A stretch of 64,000 nt of DNA, from positions 30,414-94,413 of IMG/VR virus record IMGVR_UViG_3300037264_000690; one strand, 5' to 3'. Below are positions 19,656 through 26,112 of this stretch, one piece after another (position 1 is the first letter of the stretch; the number at the start of each line of letters is the position of its first letter). Both the position numbers and the translations under genes were made by a program. The stretch is from a virus. Below the pieces are notes generated by a model, which saw nothing but the letters and a program-made list of their open reading frames with translations, ran no database searches and was not told the origin of the DNA.

Positions 19656-20159
19656 ATGGGACTCAACCAACATCTGGTAGAACTTGCTCTGGCGAAACTC
19701 GCTAACGATCCTGCTCCATCTCAGGCACTGAATCTCAGTATGACGCCTGGTTTGCCGGGAGCTCCAGGAATGAGCGGGCCGAAGGGTCCGAGAGGCCCAT
19801 TCTCGTTGGCCGGGCGTGGAGTTGATGCGCTTGGCGGAATGGCCATGAAACATCCGATGCTATCGATTAGTACGCCACTGGCTGCATACGGTGTGAAGAA
19901 GCTATACGACAAATACAACGAGCCGAGCGTCGACAAGCAAGCAAATTTGCCACCAGCTGCAACGCCTCCTGCGACCAATGCTGCACCAGTGGCCCCAGCA
20001 CCGGCCGCTCAGTTTGGCAGTGTGGAGAATGCCCCAGTGCAACAGACGGAACAACCACAGATGCAGGTAACGACCAGCCAGGGTGCCGCCAACGTGCCCA
20101 CTCCTGGTCAAGGCGCGGCCATGAAAGCTCCAGGACTCGTCAAGCCGGCCGGCAAATGA
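19656..20159 (+). CDS. putative internal head protein (Pro/Ala-rich, KxA)
   Basis: GAGGA RBS; AKLA, DKQA; low complexity. Confidence 0.6.
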   Translation: MGLNQHLVELALAKLANDPAPSQALNLSMTPGLPGAPGMSGPKGPRGPFSLAGRGVDALGGMAMKHPMLSISTPLAAYGVKKLYDKYNEPSVDKQANLPPAATPPATNAAPVAPAPAAQFGSVENAPVQQTEQPQMQVTTSQGAANVPTPGQGAAMKAPGLVKPAGK

Positions 20160-20165
20160 TAGAAT
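20157..20165 (+). promoter_or_regulatory. candidate extended -10 promoter
   Basis: TGATAGAAT; same TAGAATCA core as at 405 and 21959. Confidence 0.4.
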
Positions 20166-20207
20166 CAACGGGTGTACTCCCTGAAGCCACAAAGCAAGGA
20201 AGTCAAA

Positions 20208-21236
20208 ATGAATGGACTTAACCCAAACCTTCTAGCTGCTGCAGTCACCAGCTTGCGAGAGAAGTATGGCAGCACGAAGGCGGCGTTCGTGCCTTCTGAC
20301 GCTGCTGCTGGCGGTGGCGCCCCGCCTCCTGGTGATCCGGCTGCCGGCGGTGGTGCTCCGCCTCCACCTCCAGGTGATCCAAGCGCTGGTGGTGCTCCGC
20401 CGCCTGATCCAAGCATGGGCATGCCACCAGACGCTGGTGGTGGTGGCGCAATGCCTCCACCTCCTCCTGATCCAAGCATGGGCGGGGGCGGTGGTGCTGG
20501 CATGGCTGACCCTGCTTCCATCGCTGGACAGGTTGCCATGGGTGTCCAGCAGGGCATGGCGGCCACTGGCCTTCAGGGCAACAAAGGTGTCGGCCCCAAC
20601 GGCAAGCCTGCCGTCAAGCCCGATATCAACACCATCGCCACCGACGTATTCCAGCTGAAGAAGATGCTCTTTGCCATTATGCGTCACGCGAACATTGAGC
20701 TACCTCCAGACGTACTTGACGGTCCTAACCGCGATCCACAGACCGGTGCCCCGGCTGAGAGCCCGACTGGTGGCTCAGACGTTAGCCCTGGTGCCTCGAT
20801 GCAGCAGAGCGCTATCAAGCCAATTGAGGCAATGCAGGGTGCCTTCCCCGGCGGCGGTGGAGGCGGTGGCGGTGATATGGGTGGTATGGGCGGCGGCGCT
20901 CCGATGGGTGGAATGGGCGGTGGCATGGGCAAGCGATCGAGTGACCTTTTCACCAAGACTGTTGGTCGTGAGATCACACAGGCCATCACCGGCGATAGCG
21001 TGCTATCGAAGGCAGCGGCCGTTGCCCTCATGTTCCGTCGTCGTAACGAAACCGGCATGGACAAGGCAGGTATCGTGTCTAGCAATCCAATGACTGATTT
21101 TAGTATCGGTAAGGATGATGGCACGATTGACAAGACGATTGAAGGTATGCCAATCTCCAATTCTGCCCGTGAGAAGGCACATCGTCTTCGGAAAGTCATC
21201 CACGGTTTTACTTCACAGCAGCGTGTCCTTAGTTGA
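20208..21236 (+). CDS. Gly/Pro/Met-rich putative head/scaffold protein
   Basis: AAGGA RBS; TKAA followed by GGGAPPPxDP repeats and GGM tracts. Confidence 0.65.
   Translation: MNGLNPNLLAAAVTSLREKYGSTKAAFVPSDAAAGGGAPPPGDPAAGGGAPPPPPGDPSAGGAPPPDPSMGMPPDAGGGGAMPPPPPDPSMGGGGGAGMADPASIAGQVAMGVQQGMAATGLQGNKGVGPNGKPAVKPDINTIATDVFQLKKMLFAIMRHANIELPPDVLDGPNRDPQTGAPAESPTGGSDVSPGASMQQSAIKPIEAMQGAFPGGGGGGGGDMGGMGGGAPMGGMGGGMGKRSSDLFTKTVGREITQAITGDSVLSKAAAVALMFRRRNETGMDKAGIVSSNPMTDFSIGKDDGTIDKTIEGMPISNSAREKAHRLRKVIHGFTSQQRVLS
20302..20500 (+). repeat. imperfect coding repeats AGGGAPPPP(G)DP
   Basis: about four copies visible in DNA and protein. Confidence 0.7.
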
Positions 21237-21244
21237 GAGACATA

Positions 21245-21496
21245 ATGATCCTTCAGTTGCATGACAAACTCCAGAAGCCGCTGGTCATCAAGGCCACGCG
21301 GCTTCTGGCTACTTATGATGATGGCACTCCATTCGCGCTAATTGTGGAGGTCGTCCCTGGTCACGTTCGCGTTTTCCGTGCTGGTGACCCAGACTTTAAC
21401 GACCGACTCAGACAAGCGGCTATTGACCGTTCAGTCATCGTCGATAAGCTCGAACCAGCCAATCCCACGGCCCATCCCAGTCGTCTAATTTACTAG
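21245..21496 (+). CDS. hypothetical protein
   Basis: short ORF followed by a terminator. Confidence 0.6.
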   Translation: MILQLHDKLQKPLVIKATRLLATYDDGTPFALIVEVVPGHVRVFRAGDPDFNDRLRQAAIDRSVIVDKLEPANPTAHPSRLIY

Positions 21497-21518
21497 GCCA
21501 AACGTGTCATTATCTAAT

Positions 21519-21553
21519 AGCCAAGCGGTATACCTGCTTGGCTGTTTCTTTTT
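21519..21553 (+). terminator. intrinsic terminator
   Basis: AGCCAAGCGG-tatac-CTGCTTGGCT then GTTTCTTTTT. Confidence 0.75.
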
Positions 21554-21586
21554 CTAGCTCAAGGGTTGAAGACACAGGAGGTTAAC

Positions 21587-21961
21587 ATGAACCTTCGCAC
21601 CACACCGTTTCTAGAACTCATCAACGCGTTCATCGAGCTGGAGGGATTATCATGGGTAGAGCAGTCAATTAGAGAGGAAAGAGAGGATCGTAGTTATACG
21701 TTGCTAGGAGCACTGTCGTGGCTAAGCAGAACCAGGCATAACAGCGGCAACCATGTCAGGCAACTTCAAGAACAAGGGGATTCAAGGGACTGGCCAGTCA
21801 TCTTCTCTGAGCTGTTGCTGTATCAGGTGTATGACATCTACGGTTGTGGTGGGTGGAATCGGTATTACGTAGATGCTCATGGCGAGATCAGGTTCAGTCA
21901 CTATCACTCCATAAAAGATGATCAGATCAAAGCGGCTAAGCTGGGGTTCGATGTAAGGTAG
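21587..21961 (+). CDS. hypothetical protein
   Basis: AGGAGG RBS; GGWNRYYV motif. Confidence 0.7.
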   Translation: MNLRTTPFLELINAFIELEGLSWVEQSIREEREDRSYTLLGALSWLSRTRHNSGNHVRQLQEQGDSRDWPVIFSELLLYQVYDIYGCGGWNRYYVDAHGEIRFSHYHSIKDDQIKAAKLGFDVR

Positions 21962-21968
21962 AATCAAG

Positions 21969-22009
21969 GGTGGGCACGGTCAACCGTGCCCACCTAGTTA
22001 TTCTTTTTT
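21969..22009 (+). terminator. hairpin / probable terminator upstream of the beta' C-half gene
   Basis: GGTGGGCACGG-tcaa-CCGTGCCCACC with a delayed T-tract. Confidence 0.5.
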
Positions 22010-22013
22010 AGGT

Positions 22014-23909
22014 ATGGAAGCCATGCTCCACACAACCGCAGGTCAGCTAGCTGTTAACGAACTCCTCCCAGAGGAGATGCGTGACCATGCTCGCATCCTC
22101 GACAAGAAGGGCATCTCGCAACTCTTACAAGAGGTTGCCGAGAAGTACCCTGATAAGTACCGCGACATTGCTCATGGCTTATCCAAGGTCGGATATCATT
22201 CTGCTTATCACACTGGCGGACACAGCTTCGACTTGACGCACATGCGCACTGCTCGTGCGGCACTAACGGCCCGTCAGGAGATCGAGACCAAGATTCAGCA
22301 GATCCACGCCAACCCGCATTTGTCACCCGAGATGAAGGACAATCAGGTCATCGAGCTGGCGTTGAGCCATCATCAACCATTGACCGAGGCCATTCTGCAC
22401 GAAAGCAAGAAGGAGGGCAATCCCCTGGCCGAGCAAGTCACTGCTATCGGTCGTGGCAACCCGGTCAGTCTCAAGTCGCTGCGTGGTAGTGACCTCATGT
22501 ATGTCGACCACAAGGATCGGCCCATTCCAATCCCGATCCTTCGCAGCTACTCTGAGGGCCTGGAGCCGGTCGAATATTACGCTGGCACCTTCGGTGCTCG
22601 GAAGGGTGTCATGGACACCAAGTTCGCCACCCAGGATGCTGGTGCCCTGTCAAAGCAGTTCAACCAACTCGCCCATCGACTGGTCGTCACCAAGCACGAT
22701 CATGACGACGCGAACCATCACGCTCATCAGGGCATGCCTGTCGAGTTGGATGATCCTGATAACGAGGGTGCTCTGCTGGCTTATCCAGCAGGCGGCTATC
22801 CTCGCAATACCGTCCTGCGGCCCAAGATCCTCTCGCACTTGAAGAGTCTGGGTCTGAAGAACATAGTCGTTCGCAGCCCTATCACTACTGGTCCAATGGA
22901 CGGTGGCCTGTACGCCAGAGATGTTGGCTATCGCGAGCGTGGTGGTATTGCGCCACTTGGAGATAACATTGGCATCGCCGCCGCCCAGGCGCTTTCCGAA
23001 CCATTGGCACAAGCTCAGCTCTCGTCGAAGCACTCCGGCGGTATTGTCGGTGCGGCTAAGGGTGTCAGTGGCTTCAAGTTAATCAACCAGCTCACCCAGG
23101 TGCCTAAGACCTTCAAGGGTGGTGCTGCTCATGCCCAACTTGATGGCCGTGTTAGTGACATTGAAGTAGCGCCACAAGGCGGTAACTACATCGTCATCGG
23201 CGGCCAGCGACACTACGTTGGCACTGGTTACGACCCCAAGGTTAAGCGTGGGGATGAAGTCGAGGCTGGCGACGTGATCTCTGATGGCACTCCTAACCCA
23301 GCTGAAATTGTCAGGCATAAGGGCATCGGTGAAGGCCGTCGCTATTTCGTCGACTCCTTCCGCAATGCCTATAAGGAGTCTGGTCTGCCGCATCACCGTC
23401 GGAACATTGAAGTCATGGCTCGTGGCTTGATTGACCACGTTCGGCTAACTGAGGAGCATGGTCAGTATGTGCCAGGCGACATTGTGTCCTATAGCCGACT
23501 TGAGCATTCATATAAGCCGCGTGAGGGCAGCCTTCAGGGTGATCCGAAGCGAGCCATGAATCATTATCTGGAGAAACCAGTCCTGCACTACTCGATCGGC
23601 ACTAAGATTCGACCCAGCACTGTAAACACATTGCAGCAGTACGGCATCAAGAACGTCGTGGCTCATCCAGAGCCACCACCGTTTGAGCCGGAAATGATTC
23701 GTGGCATGGAGAACCTGAGTCATGATCCGGACTGGATGGTTCGCTTCCTTGGGTCATATCAGGAGAAGAATCTACTGCGCGGTGTTCACCGTGGAGACAT
23801 CAGTGAGGAGAAAGGCACCAGCTATGTGCCAGCACTGTCACGTGCAGTTGACTTTGGCAAGGTTGGGCCTGTGCAACCGTGGAAGCCGAGTTCGATCCTC
23901 AAGTCTTGA
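22014..23909 (+). CDS. RNA polymerase beta' C-terminal half (bridge helix, trigger loop)
   Basis: TTAG start; SYSEGL..EY....GARKG..DT bridge helix; GIAAAQALSEPLAQAQLSSKHSGG trigger loop; HRRNIEVMAR. Confidence 0.9.
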   Translation: MEAMLHTTAGQLAVNELLPEEMRDHARILDKKGISQLLQEVAEKYPDKYRDIAHGLSKVGYHSAYHTGGHSFDLTHMRTARAALTARQEIETKIQQIHANPHLSPEMKDNQVIELALSHHQPLTEAILHESKKEGNPLAEQVTAIGRGNPVSLKSLRGSDLMYVDHKDRPIPIPILRSYSEGLEPVEYYAGTFGARKGVMDTKFATQDAGALSKQFNQLAHRLVVTKHDHDDANHHAHQGMPVELDDPDNEGALLAYPAGGYPRNTVLRPKILSHLKSLGLKNIVVRSPITTGPMDGGLYARDVGYRERGGIAPLGDNIGIAAAQALSEPLAQAQLSSKHSGGIVGAAKGVSGFKLINQLTQVPKTFKGGAAHAQLDGRVSDIEVAPQGGNYIVIGGQRHYVGTGYDPKVKRGDEVEAGDVISDGTPNPAEIVRHKGIGEGRRYFVDSFRNAYKESGLPHHRRNIEVMARGLIDHVRLTEEHGQYVPGDIVSYSRLEHSYKPREGSLQGDPKRAMNHYLEKPVLHYSIGTKIRPSTVNTLQQYGIKNVVAHPEPPPFEPEMIRGMENLSHDPDWMVRFLGSYQEKNLLRGVHRGDISEEKGTSYVPALSRAVDFGKVGPVQPWKPSSILKS

Positions 23910-23934
23910 CAGACGTATATCAATGCGGCATAAT
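23906..23934 (+). promoter_or_regulatory. sigma70-type promoter driving the RNA-gene cluster
   Basis: TTGACA-17bp-CATAAT. Confidence 0.65.
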
Positions 23935-24103
23935 ACACCTAGTTCTTGGTTTCTGGTTTGGCCTGGCGGTGGGTAACGGAGTGCGGGCACCCGCCGCCAG
24001 GCACCCCTAAAATACACGTCTCATAGCGTCATTATTAAGTAGGGCCACTTATCCGGCATCGTGTCATAGTTGTTTATGACATGGGGTAGTGGTATCATTG
24101 AAT

Positions 24104-24272
24104 CAGCTCTTGGTCTAACGGCAAGACGTTCGAACCTCAACCAGCTGCGGCTAGCTCAGCCGCGATAAGCGAACCAGGTGGAGTCGAAGTAGCCCGTTTG
24201 AGCAACGGCAGTGAAAAGCCCCACCTGCAACAGAGGGTTCGGAAAATCCGGGTTCGACTCCCGGCGGGCATC
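24104..24272 (+). ncRNA. tRNA-like RNA with a 105-nt structured insert replacing the anticodon loop
   Basis: D arm GTCT-AACGGCA-AGAC, anticodon stem TTCGA/TCGGA, T arm CCGGG-TTCGACT-CCCGG; acceptor stem only 4 bp. Confidence 0.7.
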
Positions 24273-24319
24273 TTTCACTATGATGCGACACTGCAAGAAG
24301 CATGGCATGATTTGATTAC

Positions 24320-24391
24320 GGTCCCGTAGCTCAGCGGCAGAGCGATTGCCTGTTAAGCAATAGTGCCTGGGTTCGAGTCCCAGCGGGGCCT
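24320..24391 (+). tRNA. tRNA-Asn(GTT)
   Basis: full cloverleaf: GGTCCCG/CGGGGCC, D GCTC/GAGC, ATTGC-CTGTTAA-GCAAT, T CTGGG-TTCGAGT-CCCAG; CCA not encoded. Confidence 0.9.
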
Positions 24392-24413
24392 CTCATGGCG
24401 ATCTTTCGGTAAC

Positions 24414-24442
24414 AAGGCGACCGAAAGGTCGCTTTTTTTTTT
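24414..24442 (+). terminator. intrinsic terminator after the tRNA cluster
   Basis: AAGGCGACC-GAAA-GGTCGCTTT plus a long T-run. Confidence 0.9.
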
Positions 24443-24462
24443 GTTGCGCCAGGAGAATTGTC

Positions 24463-24945
24463 ATGAAGATCAATTCAGTTGCGAACATCGGTGATAGGGT
24501 CATCTTCCAGCAAAAGAAAGGTAAATACCGTCTAGCCAGTTGGCAGCACGGCTGGGAGGTGGTTGGCGTTACGAAGAACGTACATGACATTGTTCACCGG
24601 ATCATCATCTCGAAGGGGAAAGTTAAACGGACGTTGGAAATCTTCAAGGAGGCCACCTATGTCGTGCCACCGCACCATCAAATCGCGCATTACGACGATG
24701 TGATTGCTAACTACTCCAATCTGGTAGTGGTCCGTCATCGTGGGACTGAACCACCAAAATATCGGCTCCTTTGTGTTGACTGCCATGCGGTCGTCAGTGT
24801 GACGCAGCAGTACACCGAATCATTCGAGCTGGTGTTAAGTAATGGCAGCATTGATGGTTCTAAACCGTACATCGAAGATAGCTCTGAGAAGGTTGGCTGC
24901 GAGTGTGATGGCAGACACTACGAGATTGAGTACGAACCCTATTGA
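24463..24945 (+). CDS. hypothetical protein
   Basis: AGGAG RBS; CxxC..CxC near the C-terminus. Confidence 0.7.
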   Translation: MKINSVANIGDRVIFQQKKGKYRLASWQHGWEVVGVTKNVHDIVHRIIISKGKVKRTLEIFKEATYVVPPHHQIAHYDDVIANYSNLVVVRHRGTEPPKYRLLCVDCHAVVSVTQQYTESFELVLSNGSIDGSKPYIEDSSEKVGCECDGRHYEIEYEPY

Positions 24946-24954
24946 GGATGAACC

Positions 24955-25380
24955 ATGCGTCGCGTTGTAGCAACCGTTATGGTGTCGTGTGATGGTGCCA
25001 AGCATCGCGTTGGCTTATGTCGTGACGGTAGCTTCATCTACTACAATCACACCGCCATTCACGTCCGTCGTTATCGCTTGCTGGCTGAAATTGGCGCAGC
25101 CACGCCCATATGTCTGAGTTTTTACAAAGACAGAGCCAGCGAATTAATCGTCTACCCTGACATTTCAGAGGTCAACAAGAATCGACGATTCCGGGAAGCG
25201 ATTCGTCGTGTGCAATTGCAGCGTATAACCCTTAACCTTACTCGTAAAAGTGCTGCTACGTTAAAGCCGGTGCCTGTCAAGCAGCTACGCCGTAGTTGTT
25301 TTCGAAAGTCAAAATCTGCAATCTGGTGGTCTGTTGATGGACGGCCTCGACGACGGAAAGTGTGGGAAGTGTCACAGTGA
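24955..25380 (+). CDS. hypothetical protein, C..H..H..C family member 3
   Basis: GAGGA RBS; CDGAKH..H..RRY.LL.EIG...P.C; basic C-terminus. Confidence 0.7.
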   Translation: MRRVVATVMVSCDGAKHRVGLCRDGSFIYYNHTAIHVRRYRLLAEIGAATPICLSFYKDRASELIVYPDISEVNKNRRFREAIRRVQLQRITLNLTRKSAATLKPVPVKQLRRSCFRKSKSAIWWSVDGRPRRRKVWEVSQ

Positions 25381-25416
25381 GATCAGGATTGATCTTGCAA
25401 ACCAAGGAGGTGATTC

Positions 25417-25632
25417 GTGGCTCGATCTCAATTCGTCTGCCGGTTCTGTAATGACAAGGTTAGCACGGATGGAGCAATTTGCTTCACCTGTCAAATGGAG
25501 GGCCGAAGTACAGAGCCGGGCATTCCCAGTGCGCATGATTACTTGGATATGGATTATCACGGGTTTAATCGTGAGCCCGAACAGTCGTCACATAATCAGT
25601 ATCACGGAGATTCCATCCGTGATGACATCTGA
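25417..25632 (+). CDS. small zinc-ribbon protein
   Basis: AGGAGGT RBS, GTG start; CRFC..CFTC. Confidence 0.65.
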   Translation: MARSQFVCRFCNDKVSTDGAICFTCQMEGRSTEPGIPSAHDYLDMDYHGFNREPEQSSHNQYHGDSIRDDI

Positions 25633-25686
25633 TTAACACCAGCCGTCTCTTAAACTGAGCGGCAAACACTGAAAGGAAGACGCGGT

Positions 25687-25890
25687 ATGAGTATGCAACT
25701 GATCGAAAGCGTGATCAAGCAGCTTGATTACAATGAAGAGCTCCTCAAGACCCAACTGCAGGACATCGCACAGAAAAGGGCGAACGTCGTCAAGCTTATG
25801 GAAGGCCAACAGGCGCTAGACGTCAGCCTCAAGGCGATCGCCATCTGGCTGGACTCGCCTACGCTTTATCGGTGCAGAGTGGTCACCTGA
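25687..25890 (+). CDS. small coiled-coil protein
   Basis: AAGGA RBS; heptad pattern. Confidence 0.55.
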   Translation: MSMQLIESVIKQLDYNEELLKTQLQDIAQKRANVVKLMEGQQALDVSLKAIAIWLDSPTLYRCRVVT

Positions 25891-26007
25891 GATTTTCAGT
25901 AAATCCAGGAAAAAGATGCAGGCTGATCGACAAAGGATTGGTGCACAGACACGGCATGCCTCACAGTACGACCATGAAGTATTCTTTGGTTGACTGACAA
26001 AAGCCCT

Positions 26008-26050
26008 GTCGGGTCGCTCTTCGGAGCGACCCGACTTGCCCATTTCTTTT
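26008..26050 (+). terminator. terminator before the structural module
   Basis: GTCGGGTCGCTC-TTCG-GAGCGACCCGAC with a delayed T-tract. Confidence 0.7.
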
Positions 26051-26112
26051 AGCTATCCGCTATAATCCTCAATAGGTGATCTGCTGACTTCTCAGTTCAA
26101 GGATGGACGGCT

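Noticed and set aside
13645-23909. Host chromosomal rpoB/rpoC locus
   Set aside because: Highly divergent and re-partitioned, flanked by phage genes with no ribosomal protein genes; gene symbols withheld
24134-24238. Group I intron or tmRNA interpretation of the tRNA-like insert
   Set aside because: About 100 nt is too short and no group I core is visible; the D stem is intact and there is no Ala acceptor stem or tag ORF
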